Positions 23,586 to 37,827 are shown, counted from the stretch's first letter. The stretch: DNA of 64,000 nt from Parasitella parasitica NRRL 2501 (GCA_025201805.1 MU619363.1:19895-83894), one strand, 5' to 3'. The notes: generated by a model not told the origin, from the letters alone. Translations and numbers: made by a program.

Positions 23586-26500
23586 TCACTTTTGTCTGTT
23601 GTCTGCAATTATAAAAGCTTCTTGCAAGATAGAATGGAGCCCCTTTTGGTTTTCTGAAGTTTCATCGTCTTGCTGTTCATCGTCATTAGAGGATATGTTC
23701 TTATCCAAGCGCAACTTCATATCAGCCATTTTCAAAATGTACTCTTCAATAGATCCATTAGAAATCAGCTTGTGAATGATAACATCTTTTGTTTGGCCTA
23801 CACCTAGAAGGAGAAGGGATTGAAGAAAAAAAATAAAACAATAAAACAATAAAGAAAATCAGCATCCAAGGTGGATAAACACGGAAATTAGAGTCTTACG
23901 ATGCGCACGGTCTTCGGCTTGCTTGTCATTTTGTGGATTGAAATCAATGTCATACATGATTACGACACTAGGAGAAATTTCGGTAAACAGTCTGAATGGC
24001 AGGCAGGCCCACCACCACAAAACTTACTTTGAAGATGTCAAATTGATACCAAAGCCACCAGCCTTTGTGCTCAGTAAAAACACATCAATGTCGGCATTTT
24101 CATTGAAATCATCAATTGTGCTTTGTCTGTCCATGACCTTTGTCTCGCCGTCGAGTCGCAAAAAGGTGGCGCCAATCGTCTCCAAGACTAATTCGAGGAT
24201 GTCCAGCATCTTTGTGAACTGGCTGAATATCAACACCTTGTTTCCCTTCTTTTTGTATTTGGGCAGCAACTCTTTCAGCTTTTCAACTTTGCCAGAATCC
24301 ATCCACTCTTGGTTTTTCAAGCAGTGGCGCTTTATCTTCTAGTGGTGCGCAGATTTTGAGTCAAAGAGCTCGCTCTGTTGCATGTTTATCCCAATTTGTA
24401 CTACCTTTTCTTCTTTGCAGAATCTATCCAGTTCGAAATCAGACATCACAGTCATATCTTCGTACATGTATTCCAAGTTGGAGTCCCAGTACTTGACATC
24501 TTGGTGGAGTTCCTTGGCCATTCGGCGCAACAAGTCATCTGTGTACAGATTTCTGAACAGCAGCGGATGGTCAGCTGCTTTTCTTAAATGGATAACGACG
24601 TTCGACATGTCTTCAAACTGGGCAGCCATGTCCGTCTTCTTTTCGGCCACCTTTTTCTCCGAGTCGTCCTTCTTCACTAGCGATGCTTCGTACTTTTTCT
24701 TGGTCTGCTCAATGATGCGGGTATAGATTTTCGCTTGGCCTTCAGTCATATCGCAGCGCTCAATGACCTGCTCCTTTTTGGGCAAGTCTTTGAGAACATT
24801 TTCCTTTTTACGGCGAAGAACGAACGGAGTCATCATCTTTTTGGCACGGTTGATGCGTTCTTTTGCCAGCACCTGAATAGACGTATCATCGGCTGCTCCA
24901 ATCTTGTTCTTGTCTTGGCCTTGGCTTTTGTACGACTTGCGAATCTTGAAGATGGAGCGAATGTCTTCTTCATGGTTGGCAAACGTCTCGGGCATGATAA
25001 ATGTCAACAGGGACACTAATTCTTGGAGGTTGTTTTGCAAGGGAGTGCCGGTCAAGAGCAGACGGAAGGGGGTTTTGATGCTCATGAGAGATTTGTAGCG
25101 AGCGCTGGTGCAATTCTTGATCATATGGCCTTCGTCAAGAATCATCGAGCGACACCGTAGTCTTTTAAAGAACTTTCTATCGTCTATATTGCCAGCAGCC
25201 AGGTTGTATGTAGTAATAATGACCTGGAATCCATTGGAGTCATTTTCCTCAAGCAGGTCTATTCTCTGGTCCATTCTCTCCTGCAGAGATCCGTGGTATA
25301 ACCGAACTTCCAGGCTAGGGCAGAAGCGTTCGAATTCTCGCTCCCAGTTTTGAATCGTTGAAGACGGAACGATAATCAGATGCGGGCCAGATTCGCCAAG
25401 TTCATGGAGCCTGCCCAGAAAACTAATCACTTGCGCAGTCTTTCCTAGCCCCATTTCGTCAGCTAAAATACCAGAGATGCCTTTACGATACAGCAGCAGC
25501 ATCCAATTGACGCCCAAGACCTGGTAGTCTTTCAACGTCATGGACGGATTGACACAATCAGGCTGCTGCGTGATGTATCCCTCCATGGCGTCTTGGTGAC
25601 GCATTGCTGACCTTGCTCTTGCGCTGTCCAGACTAACGTTGGTCAAGGCCATGCCAGGCTGATCATCGGTACCGCCATCGCCATTGTGGTTTAGTTGAGG
25701 GCTGGTAGTACATGGCTCTTCCCAGATACTGAGGATGTTGCGCAACTTGTTTCCTAAATTCTCAATCTTTTTGATAATCTGGTCCACAGCTCTGTAGCCG
25801 CTCATCATCTCGTAGCAGTATTCAATCAGCTTGACGCTCAGCCCTTTGGTCTGCCTTAATTTTGTTTCGAGTTCGTCTTCATCAGCAAAAGGCCGCAGCT
25901 CTATCAACTTATCAGCTGTTGTCGCCTTGCATCCAGACAATATTTGCAAATCCTTTGATGAACATGTGTTGAAATAGTCGACTACTGCTGATTGCTTTTG
26001 TCTGCTTGTAACTTGTCGACGCTCTTCGTCGTCGCTGTCGTCATCGTCCTCACTGTCCTCACTGTCCTCTTCCTCTTGCTCCTCTTCTTCTTCTTGGCTC
26101 ATTTCAGCCACACTATTATCTGTGGCCTGGTTGCTGCTTGTCAGACGAGGTTTCTTGAGAGGTTTAGACTCGTCGGCCTTCTTCATGAGTACTTGACAGG
26201 CAGCCACAACAGTTCCTTTCTCTCGAAGGGCAGCTCTGATATCTTTGACGGTAACAGTGGGGATGATTCTGCTAATGCGCCGAATGTTTTCTTTTTCAGC
26301 TGTGATCTCCTGAAGGTTGAATGCTTTCGTGCGATCGCCTTGATACAAGTCATCAATGTCCTCCATCAAGTCGTCTTCAGAATCACTGATGGGCTGGCGC
26401 CTCTTCTTACTGTTGTTGTGGTCATTAGCAAAAGGTGCTTCTGTTGGTGTGTCATCTGCCGCCTCATCGTCATCTTCCTCTAGCTCTGCTTCTTCATCAG

Positions 26501-26990
26501 AGGAAAAGACAATCCTGTTTAGCCGTCTCACAGGCTTCCTATCTCTCAATACACGCTTGGATCCAATCGTCATGTCATCGTCTGAGTCATCGTCTGGGAT
26601 GTCAAGCGTATCCTGGTTTTCTGCCCTTTCGCCTCTTTCGTCTCTTTCGTCTCTTTTGTCCAAGGCATCAGCATGCACATATGATTGCTTGAGCCTTTTT
26701 GAAGGCGTCGTAAGGTCAATGAGCGATTTCTTTGGTTTGGGTTCAAAACCAACCTTTTTAAACGTCTCTGCCAAGCTATCAGTGCTGCTGCTTCTGCTGT
26801 TGATGCTTGATAATGAAAATGTGGATGATTTAGAAGCAAATACTGGACGATTGACACTTTTCAAATTGGCATTGACTTTGATCATTGGCCGATTGTCCTT
26901 TGCCAAAGGCTTCTTTACTGGAGCAAAGAATGTGCTGATCGGCCTAGCGTTTTGATTTGTGGGAGAAGTCTTTGATGAAGAAGGTGGCAT
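23586..26990 (-). CDS. FUN30: SNF2-family chromatin remodeller, Fun30/SMARCAD1/Fft type
   Basis: LKDYQVLGVNW, GILADEMGLGKT, LDEGH, LLLTGTPLQNNLQEL, FVLRRKK, LIFSQFT, LLSTKAGGFGINL. Acidic N-terminus with a CUE-like segment. Confidence 0.9.
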
Positions 26991-27900
26991 TCTTTTATGC
27001 TACTAGATGACGAATGAATAAGAGAGAGAGAGAGAGAGAGCGAGCGACTAGAAAAAAATTTTAATTATTAATTACGTGAAGGATATCCAAATATTTATAC
27101 ACCACTTCCTGCTTTGTTTCAAATTAAAGAATCTGCTTCTATTTTGTCTAAATTGAATCAACACGCAAGATGCATGTAGCCTCTCCTACGCTTTCTACGT
27201 GTTCTCTACCATATACAGGCATTTTTGAAAGCTTATTTCTTTTCGACATTGCTTCATCAAAGGGGAGGCTCCAAAACTAGCAAATTGACGCCTTTACATG
27301 CTATCGTTTGTAGTTTAGCCTGCGTGCGTTATTATGCATACTACCAGCAGCAGCGGCAAGCAATGCATTTTTGTGCCCAAGGATTTTGTTTAGTGAAATA
27401 GCTCTACATTATCTATTGTACTAGCCGCTTACCGAAGCCGCATCAAAGCATTGTTCATGCCCAAATTGGGGTCAACTTCAAACACGCACACACACACACA
27501 CATTACAACCAAAAGAGCAAGGAGTCACAGGAAAGATGTTCCACCACACCAATCCTCTCGAAATTGCACATTTTCTCCTATTTCNNNNNNNNNNNNNNNN
27601 NNNNNNNNNNNNNNNNNNNNNNNNNNNNNNNNNNNNNNNNNNNNNNNNNNNNNNNNNNNNNNNNNNNNNNNNNNNNNNNNNNNNNNNNNNNNNNNNNNNN
27701 NNNNNNNNNNNNNNNNNNNNNNNNNNNNNNNNNNNNNNNNNNNNNNNNNNNNNNNNNNNNNNNNNNNNNNNNNNNNNNNNNNNNNNNNNNNNNNNNNNNN
27801 NNNNNNNNNNNNNNNNNNNNNNNNNNNNNNNNNNNNNNNNNNNNNNNNNNNNNNNNNNNNNNNNNNNNNNNNNNNNNNNNNNNNNNNNNNNNNNNNNNNT

Positions 27901-30536
27901 GTTGTAGTGTCAATAAATGGCAACAAAAGCGATAGCGGTTATCTGTACGAAACAAACCAGTCAGGGGAAAGGAATTTCACTAGTAAAGTGGGCCATTATT
28001 TGTATCACATTGCGCTCAGCTAATTTGCAACTGTTTAATTAGAGCCTCCCAGCATATATCTACACGAAGATGACGAAGCTGACAAGATTTCAGTGCACAG
28101 TAGCATGTATGAAGACGTAAGAGCGGAGAGCGCTTCAAAGCCAGAGTAAATATCAAAGGCGGGGAGAGGAACTCAAAATAACAGAATCACCCGCTAACAG
28201 TATCATGGAAAATCAGAAAATCCCCAAAAAGAGGCTTTTTTGAGAGAATAGGATTGAAAAAGAAGCACAATCACCCGAACTCTGAATCGAATCTCCAGCA
28301 TGATCATTCGCGACTATCAGATGAAGACGACGACGATGAGCATATCGACGCCGTGGAGGATAACAATGATGATGAGGATGATGAGGACGATGTCAGCTCT
28401 TGTACCTCAGAGGAAGAAGGCAATGTTCCGCAGATCAGCGTCTCCACTCCCACCTCGATTTCTGGTAGACCTGGCTCCTTACACCAGAGCAGCAGCTTTT
28501 CAGGTGGAAAGTACGTCAAGGTAAGCGAGCATTTCAAAGAGCAAGACGCAAGGGCATAATTATTGATATCAGGCATTCATGCTAGACAAAGACAAAACAC
28601 AAAAAGACCAATCAAGAGTTTTCGCGGCTCATGCTAGCACAAAGCATTCAGACTTGCCACAAGCCTGATCTAGCTTCATTGGGATCCAGCAATAAGCATG
28701 AATACAACAACCACTACAGAATGGCATCCGATTCATCGACGGAACCTAGCCCAAATCACCCTTACGGCGCCATTTGGGTGCTGAAGTTTAGTAAAGATGG
28801 CTGTTATTTGGCATCTGGTGGCCAGAACTGTGTTGTCTACTTGTGGAAGCTGCTGGATCAAAATACCCAAGATGTTCCTGAATATTCTATCAATGTTTTG
28901 GAAGAGAAACCTCACATGGAATATATTGGACATAAGGCGGATATTTTAGACCTCGCATGGTCAAAGGTAACGGTTACGCTCCACTTTTCGCAACGATCAA
29001 CAGAGCTTAATTTCAAGTACCTTTCTGTAGAACAATTTTTTGCTGTCAAGCTCAATGGACCATTCAGTGAGGTAACACTAGCTGGGCACATGCTTTTAGC
29101 AGGGTACTAACCCAATTCATAAAGACTGTGGCACACAACGCAAAAAGATTGCTTGTGTGTATTCCAGCACTTGAACTTTGTTACTTCAATTGAATTTCAT
29201 CCCAAGGTAAAATGAATATATATATATATATAATAATAATAGCGTATCCTATGGCTGATTATTATTCATCAATACATGCAAAAAGGACGATCGCTTCTTC
29301 TTATCTGGATCTATGGATGGCAGAATTCGAATCTGGAGTATACCCGAGAAACGAGTTGCATTCTGGAATGAGATTCCCGGAAATCGATTGGTCACTGCTG
29401 CAGGCTTTACATTAGACGGTAAAGCGGTGGTTGCAGGCTCGCATGATGGCCATTGCTACTTTTTCGAGACACAAAGCTTCAAATACATCACTCAGATATG
29501 TGTAAATAGCGACATGACGAGCAACCGCAACTCATCGTCGAAGAAAGGACCCAAAATTACAGGCATCGAGATGATGCCGGGAATGACACCCGGGGATGAG
29601 AAACTGCTGGTTACCAGCAATGATTCGAAAGTGAGGTTATTCAACATGAAGGACAAAAGTTTGATGTTCAAGTACAAGGGCGCTGAAAACACCTGTCTTC
29701 AGATCAAAGCAACTTTTAGGTGGGTAGCAGCGACTATCATGTACACTTTGTTTTGCTAATCTTACGATAACCTCTTACATAGCGACGATGGAAGGTATAT
29801 CATCAGCGGATCTGAAGATTGCCACACGTACATCTGGCGCACAGAGCAATCTAGCGTATCGCCTTTACATCATTTACACGAATCGAGAAATAAAGCACTG
29901 TCTGTATTTGGTCATGTTGGCGAATCCACAATGAACTTTTCCAGTGCTACTCGCCATCTTGATAATCTTTCGGCCCCCACGCTGCAGCGAAATGAACCTC
30001 TACCAACGTCTCCAAAGCACAGTCAACAGCAAACACGTTTTTCAAAATGGCTAAAGAAAAGGGACGACCCAAAAGACAAAATTCGAAGCAGAACTGAATA
30101 TTTTGAAGCGCACGATTATGTTGTAACCGCGGCTATCTTTGCACCTGCCAAGACAAGGCAGCACATTGCAAAGTCAAGACAAGATACAATTTACAACAAT
30201 ACACCTTTGCATCTACAAAGGCAGCCGACAGGGAGCAGCAATGGAAGCCATTCATCTGCATCCTTTGCCGAAGACGATCAATACTCTGAGGGGCATATCC
30301 TTGTAACTGCTGATTTCCGTGGACTCATCAAAGTATGGCGAATAGATTCCGGCACTTATGGCAACCAACAAAATATATCCACTTTACAAATCGATACCCA
30401 ATCTTTGCATCCTTCATTGGCACCGTCAGAACTCTCTACGACGTCTCTAAACGGTAGTGGCGCTCGCTCTGTTTCATCTCCATCACCCAAGGTTCGTAAG
30501 AACTTTGGGCTTTTTTCACCACGGCATTCCAAGTAA
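27901..30536 (+). CDS. WD40-repeat protein, WDR44/Rab11BP (yeast Laf1/Dgr2)-like; 5' end lies in or before the N gap
   Basis: GAIWVLKFSKDGCYLASGG, GHKADILDLAWSK, FVTSIEFHPK|DDRFFLSGSMDG, LLVTSNDSKVR, QIKATF|SDDGRYIISGSED. Confidence 0.88.
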
Positions 30537-31567
30537 AGCGCTTTTATTTATATTTGATGAGATTTCTTATACCAAATCCTTATGTGTGAAAAAAAAAAAC
30601 TGTTTAGTTCATTTGTAACCCTTCAATACAATGATGGAATTCTTCTCAATATGTAGCATGTTGGTTTTTTTTTCTTTTTTTTTTTTTTTTATTTCCAACA
30701 GTGAGAAATCACATCTAACAAACAATTGATGGACATAATTGGAATCACCAAGAAATTTTACTTTTGTCATTTCTCCTATCGCTCAACTAGCAACTGTTGT
30801 GATCTTTGAATTCATTTTGTGATCGTGATCGTGATCAATCAAGGAAACTATTCAGACAACAGATTGCGTTTTCATCATGTATGTACGTCGTCGTGTGAAC
30901 CGTATAAAACAGAGGCCCATCAGACAAATGTTGAAAGGCCATGAGTCTTTGGTCGATCAATAAACTAAGTTTACAAAGTAACGCCTTTCGAAAGCATGTA
31001 TCCTCCTTTCTGGGAGCAGGGTAATACCGCATTCTTTCTTTGCGAAATATACAACAAAGGGTGTTGTTATTGCTTTTAATTCGGTGCAAAATTACAACGG
31101 AATATATGTAAAGATGCCTCTTTTTTTTTTTTTTTTATTTTATGAATTTTTTTTTACCTTTTTTTTTTTTTTTTTTTAAGAATCGTCGTTCAGGGGACCC
31201 GAGTTCAAGCGAGTCAGCTTTATTCAAATGCGCTATTAAGTCCAACATGCTGGGTTGAATCCAATTCCTTAGAGTAGTAGGCGTAAATACAATACTGTAC
31301 TCTGATAACCTTTTACTTTTTGTAGTTGTTTCTTGCATGTCAGTGTCTTTCGGTTCTTCCTCGACTATCTTTTTTTTTTTTTTTTTTTTTTTTATTTTAT
31401 GAATTTAAACAATGATCGCTATTTTGTTGCCTATTTGTAAAATGCAAATGCGATTCCGGTAATGTTTGATAAAAGTAACAAAATTTGATTTTATTTACTA
31501 TACGTCTAAAATACATAGTGATGCAGAAAAAGGATAGAAGAAACGAATATCGATTTTGCTTTTGGAA

Positions 31568-33074
31568 TTACTTGCATAACATAGCAATCAAAGCACCACC
31601 GACACTACCGCCTTCAGAGGCAACTTCAAGAGTGATTTTTCTACTGATATCTTTACCATACCACTCATCTAGAGCGCGACGAACACGAAGGTTCATATGA
31701 GGATAAAATTCATACGTGGAACCGTTAATACCAACAACAATATCATCGCGATCAACGTCAAGCAATTTTTGTTGTTCAATCAGAGAGATAATAGGGACAG
31801 CTGCCAAGGAAGCAGAACGAGTAGAAACAATACGGCAGATGCGAGTCAAAATGGCAACATCGTTCAAGGTTGGGGTATTTACAAAGTTGAAGTTGCTCAA
31901 AAGCTCGAGACTTGTTTTATGATCGGCCTTGTTATCATTCTCCAAGGTGCTCATATACATGGTAGGAAAAGCCCAATCACCATCGAAGCCCTCAGGAACA
32001 TGGCCTTTAAACAAGTCGCCAGCCTTGATAAAGTCCATTGCAATTAATCGAGTCAGTTCACCCATGTAAGCACCGGAAAGCATCTTTTCATACAGTTGGA
32101 ACTTTGGTTGGCTGTGCGAATTGTCTAATACCAGGTCATACTTGGTCAATGGCAAGTAAGCCTCGGTGCCAAAGATATCAATCTCGGTATTAATCAGCAT
32201 CTCTGCATCTTCAGGGTATTTTTTGCGCACACTTTCGTCGAGTTTAGTGATAAGAGGCACCTTTTCAGGATAAGCAGCGTTAATCCCTGTGGCAAAGATG
32301 AGACCGATACGACAAGCAGGATTGGTGTAAGCATGAGCTACAAGCGTACCAACTGTGTCGTTAAGAATTGCAGTTACCTTGACATTCAAGTTCTGTGTAA
32401 AAAAGTAATGCATTTATTTAGTTGCTACCCTCTCCAACAACCCATTTTGAACAAACCTTGCGCTTAAAAGCACTGTGGAACATGTCAGCAAGATCATTGC
32501 CTTCTGTATTTTGTAGAGTAAATCCCTTGCCCATTCTAAGGATAGTACCTCGATCGACAGCAGTTTGACTATAAAAGGCAAAATGTATTAATTAATCTGT
32601 GGTTCTGTTTACATAAACAAACACTTACTCAACTGGGAAACTCCAGCAGACGCCTAAAGCGAGTGTTTCTTTGCCAGCAACTTGGGATTCGGTAAAGAGA
32701 TGTTTAGCATCTACAGTTACAAGGTCATGGATAGCATCAGCAATCCAATCAAAGAAAACAGAGCCTTCACCAGTCTTTAATTCAAGAGTAGGACGGCGTT
32801 TAAGTTCATGAACGACAGATTTACCAGCACCTCTGAGTTCAACAGCAGCAATACGCAAGTTAGTACCTCCCAAATCCAAAGAAAGAAAAGTTCCGGTTTC
32901 ATCACCAGTTGGCATTTTGGTAACAAAGGAAGGGATCATAGTAGCTAAACCTTTGGAAGGTGTTTTCAACCCGGTTTTGTATTCAAGATTGAATCCGTCG
33001 ACAATAGGTTTAAGTTGGTCTCTTGATAATAAGAAATTTTTCTCGAGCGATTGAAAGATAGCGTCAGCACCCAT
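31568..33074 (-). CDS. Hexokinase-family protein, atypical (HxkC/HxkD-like signature), 3 exons
   Basis: FLSLDLGGTNLR, ILNDTVGTL, INTE, EKMLSGAYMGE. Non-canonical LGVCWSFP and MGKGF. Confidence 0.9.
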
Positions 33075-34143
33075 TGCAGTATACCTGGTTGGTTATTTTG
33101 AAAAAAAAAGAAAGAAAAAAGAAAAGAAAAAGAATAGAAAAAGAATAGAAAAAGAAAGAAAGAAAGAGTAAAGTTGAGATTGTATGCTTTATAAATAGGG
33201 GTTGGAGGAAAAAAAATAACCAGTGAAACCTAGTCTTAGGTTCAGGGCCAATGATCAAGACTCGGGAAATTTGGGAAGCATGTTCTTCTATATTTTCACC
33301 CTTTGAACCCTTTTTCCCAATAGTTTGAAGGGCGTGAGTTTCAATTTAGAGTATTGCACCAGACCCTGAAAAGACATTTGATTGGTTTCTTTCCGTATGT
33401 TATGTAATGCGGGAAAGAAAACCCTGACTGACATCTCCATGGAGACAGACCCTTTCCTTATATTGCCATGAATATTAGGATACATCGTGAGAATCACACC
33501 ATTTTTCCATTGACTGTAGGCCCCGAAAAAAAAATAAGGGTCCCCATTCACCTTTTTTTTTTTATTTTTTTTTTTAAAAAATAAAAAAATAAAAATCTGC
33601 AAGATGGCAACCTGTGATAAAAGCATGTCATTTCTATCTTTGCTACACAACATCAACCAACATCACCTAGAAAAAAAATGAGATATGAATGACCTGTCTT
33701 AAAAGAGAACAATTGCTAATTATCATGAATGATACTGGTCATCATTTCGATCATTTCATCATAAAAAGGAGGTGTCATTGATGAGCGTTTCTTCTTTCTC
33801 GGTAAACGTTTCTTTTTTCGTGAGAATATTTCGGTCAGCGTTCTTTTTCTTGTTATGTAAGCCTCATGATCGACTTGTTTAGTTTCATCAAGATATATCG
33901 TCGCTTTTTTTTTTTTTTTGTTTTGCCAAAAAATTTTTAGTTGTACAAAAATAAAAAATTACATGTGTTTACAATGTACAAAATAATATAGAGAGGTGGG
34001 GAGACGAATTAGGTTCTTCTTTTTTGTTTTTGGCTTCCTAGCAATTATAAGGATTCTAATTATCAAACTGAAATTTACAAGTAATATATGAAAAGTAGTA
34101 TTGTGGGGGGGTGGAAAGTCAAAGTAACCATCCAATATCTGTT

Positions 34144-36143
34144 TTACAGTTTTTCGCTCTTTGAAACAGCGATGGCACGGCCTTCTTTGAGAGGATCCAT
34201 TCTGGAGTAGGTAATAATAGCAGCAATACCAAGTAATGCAGCGATAATGCAGCCAGCCATAGCACCCTTACCCTTGGCAGTAAAAGCATCAGGAATCAAA
34301 GTAATGCCGCTAGGAGCGCCACTAAGGTCAAGACCAGATTTAGCAGCAGCATTTCCTTCGTAAGGCTTGCCGCCGGCAGTGCAGACATCCTTGAAGGCTT
34401 GAGGTAAAGTTAAACGTTGTTGAGCGACCTCAGGAGCTTCGATCATGACTGCAGCCAACCCAGATTCCAGATGCCATTCAATGTGGCAATGGAAGAACCA
34501 AGCACCAGGATTATCAGCTCTGAAGCGGATTAATACAAACGTTTCAGCAGGAACAAGAATAGTATCACGACGAGATGGGTTATCCAAGAACCATTCGACG
34601 TTACTAGTGTTGCCGTCATAGACACCTTCACCGCGACCGACCATTTGAAAGACATGCCCGTGAAGATGGAAAGGATGGTGACCGGCATCGAGGTTGTTTA
34701 CAATGATTTCAACCATGTCCAGATGGTTCAAAACAAAAGCCATAGTTTGAGGGCCATATACTTCTTCGCTGAGAGAGTAGTTACCTTCGCTCAGCATGGT
34801 ATTAAGAGAAGGAACCTTGGGAGAGAGATAAGGGATCTCATTGAACATGCCACGATTAATGCCGTCTGTTGTAACTTGGAAATCAAACGTCAAGTTGACT
34901 TGCTTGTCGAAAGGTGCAGCGCTTTGAATATCAACAGGAACAAGAGTCATGTCGTCAAATGTACTGCCCATGCCAACATCCTCACTGGCTGCAAAGTTGG
35001 TAGATTGATTATTGTACCAAAGAGGAGCAGTGATGTTGAGAATAAGATCATCAGGGATAGTGTCGTACATGTCGGTATTCAAGTCAGCATGCATATAGTA
35101 GTTGGTGTCTGTGGTATTCTTGGCAGTAACAAGGACAGAAACACGCTGGGCGGCAGTCAAATACACGCTTTGCACGGGAGTACGTTGAGTATCAATGCCA
35201 TCAATTTCGATAACTTGAAGCTCGTGACCATCGATGCTAAAGTAGAACATGGAGAAGCCAGACATGTTGATGAGGCGAAGGCGGTAGGTTTTACCTGGAA
35301 CAAAGCTAAGACTGTCGTTGACATTGTTGAACATAAAACCAGATTGAGGTACTGGCTCGGCGCCAGTAGGATTCCATTCGCTCAAAAAGACTTTGAGACC
35401 TTCATTGCTAGAAGCGTGGTACCAATCTGTTGCAGTTTGATTATATTTTAACATCAAGATGTATTTTGCTTAAAAAGGGTCATTTTCTTGTACTACCTTG
35501 TAAGGGAATTGTAACATCATAGTCGTACTGATAGGTTTCATTCTTGGCATGAATAACAACGGGCGCACGAAGACCATCCATGTATTGACCCTAGAATTAC
35601 ATAATGAGAAGTGTGATTTTGAGACATTTACTAGTCCATTTTACCATGTAATGGGAGTGAATCCAGTAGGAGCCATGCTGTTGAAGTGTAAATTCATAAG
35701 TAAGCTTTTGACCGACAGGAATGGGACTATATGCGATCAATCAACGTCAATAAAAAGCATGTCAAATGGCAAGGAGATGTTTATACTACCATTGAGTGAC
35801 ACCAACTGGACCATCCATCCAGGCAGTACCGTTTTGGAACATGCCGTGAGTATGAAGGGCAGTAAACGTATCCAATTGATTATCTACATTAATAACCAAA
35901 GTATCGCCCTCAGTAGCTTCAATGGATGGTGGGCTATGTATAAGATTTAGTGATCAAGGCGTGCATAGACATATATAGAGCATAAACCTACGGCCATTTT
36001 CCATTGACACCTACGACTTGGCGCTCAAAAAGATTGTCAGGATTTGCAGTGGTATATGTAATATTCCAGTCGTAGACGACACGAGCAGCTTGAGCAAGCC
36101 CTGTGAAGCCTGCAGCAAATACACATGTAGCCAACAGACGCAT
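34144..36143 (-). CDS. FET3: Multicopper ferroxidase (Fet3-type), 5 exons
   Basis: Signal peptide MRLLATCVF. Cu-ligand motifs [19 protein letters not shown] and [13 protein letters not shown]-terminal TM helix. Divergent from FTR1. Confidence 0.93.
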
Positions 36144-36281
36144 TTTTATAAGGCAAAGAAAGAGAGAGAGAGAGAAATGTAGATTGGAAAGAAAGACGAA
36201 AAAAAAAAGAGGAGAGACAATTTATTATTTAACTTTAGATCAAAGATTACAAGTGTAAGGTGGGTCCCCATGAATTTTTAT

Positions 36282-36442
36282 TTATCTGATTTTGGGTCTT
36301 TTTTTTTTTGTTTTATTTTTTTATTCGTCTCCTATCAGATAATCAAGATCTTCTTGTGCCTGTGTAATTCGTGCGACAAAGTACCCGGAGAGACACGGGA
36401 GTTGGCTGTACAAATGTTGTCTTACCATGTTTCATCTGATAA
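36282..36442. promoter_or_regulatory. Three ATCWGATAA (SreA/Fep1-type iron GATA repressor) sites in the FET3/FTR1 bidirectional promoter
   Basis: TTATCTGAT 36282-36290, ATCAGATAA 36334-36342, ATCTGATAA 36434-36442. Confidence 0.75.
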
Positions 36443-36661
36443 CCAAGTAAAAGCTTCATTTTTTCANNNNNNNNNNNNNNNNNNNNNNNNNNNNNNNNNN
36501 NNNNNNNNNNNNNNNNNNNNNGGGGGGGTTAGAGTAGTAGGAGAGTTACCGATCTATAGTTTTACAACTCCATTAAATCTTCTTAAAAAGGATTAATTTT
36601 TGCCTCTGCTCGATATCTGATCTTCTTCTTTTTGCTTTCATCTAATTTTTCGCGCTCAAAG

Positions 36662-37827
36662 ATGTCGCAAGATCTCTTCAACGTACCGATTTTCTTCATT
36701 TTGTTTCGTGAGACAACTGAGGCAGCCATCATCGTTTCGGTGCTGTTGTCTTTTTTGAAAAAGATGTTCAATCCTGAATCGCCTACTTACAAGCGTCTCC
36801 GCAATCAAGTCTGGATTGGCTCTGCTGTTGGCCTATTCATTTGCATATGTATCGGTGCTGCCTTCATTGCCGTTTATTACACTGTTCTCAATGATCTTTG
36901 GGGTAACTCTGAGGACATTTGGGAGGGTGTCTTTTCTCTTGTTGCTGTCATTATGATTACTCTTATGGGCCTTGCTATGCTCAAAACCGAGCGCATGCAA
37001 GAGAAATGGAAAGTCAAGCTGGCTCTCGCTGTGCAAAAATCCACAAAAGAGAAATCGTCTTTCAAGGAAAAGCTTCAAAAGTATGCCTTCTTCTTTTTGC
37101 CCATGATTACCGTTCTCAGAGAAGGCCTTGAGGCCGTTGTCTTTATCGGCGGTGTAAGTAAATTTATTACATTTTGACATGTAAATGCTCATCTGATGAT
37201 TAGGTTTCTTTGGGTATTTCTGGGAAATCTATTCCCATTGCTGCTATCATGGGCATCATTTGCGGTGCTTTAGTCGGCTATCTCATCTATCGCGGTGGTT
37301 CGTTGATCCAACTTCGCTGGTTCTTTATTTTCTCTACCATCATTCTTTATCTCGTTGCTGCTGGATTGATGGCTAAGGCTGTCGGATATTTGGAACAAAA
37401 TGCATGGAACGTTGTCATCGGTGGTGAAGGTGGCGATACCATTTCCTACAGAGTTACTACCGCTGTCTGGCATGTTTCTTGGGGAGACCCAGAACTAAAT
37501 GTTGACAGCAACGGTGGCTGGCAAATTTTTAACGCCATTCTTGGCTGGAATAACACTGCTACTTATGGCACCATTATCAGCTACTGTCTCTACTGGTTGT
37601 TTGTTGTCTTTTATCTTGCTTACTCTTTCTTCAAGGAGAGGCGCAATGCTATTCGCAAAGCCGAAGCTGGTGAATGGGATGATGGAGACGCCGCTTTGGA
37701 AGAGGCCAAGCAATACATTGACGAAACTGGTGAGATTCGTGCTACTCATGTTGAAGGGGACAAAGAGGCCGAAAATTATCCTTCTGAGGCCATTGAAGTT
37801 GCCACTTCTGGCGCTCCCAAAGCCTAA
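36662..37827 (+). CDS. FTR1: High-affinity iron permease; one intron (~37156-37203)
   Basis: MSQDLFNVPIFFILFRETTE and LREGLE (two RExxE motifs); multiple TM helices; ILGWNNTATYG. Confidence 0.96.

Noticed and set aside
27451-28023. ORFs spanning N runs (also ~3365-3459, ~23150-23259, ~36467-36521)
   Set aside because: Artefacts of assembly gaps.
30835-31340. Short ORFs or possible ncRNA between the WD40 and hexokinase genes
   Set aside because: No recognisable motif, RNA-family signature or coherent exon structure.
34645-35451. 268-aa antisense ORF
   Set aside because: It is a shadow of the FET3 coding strand with no recognisable motifs.
35549-35950. 133-aa plus-strand ORF suggesting an inversion inside FET3
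   Set aside because: The minus strand gives normal Fet3 exons (LHTHG, YWIHSH) with GT-AG introns; the ORF is an antisense shadow.
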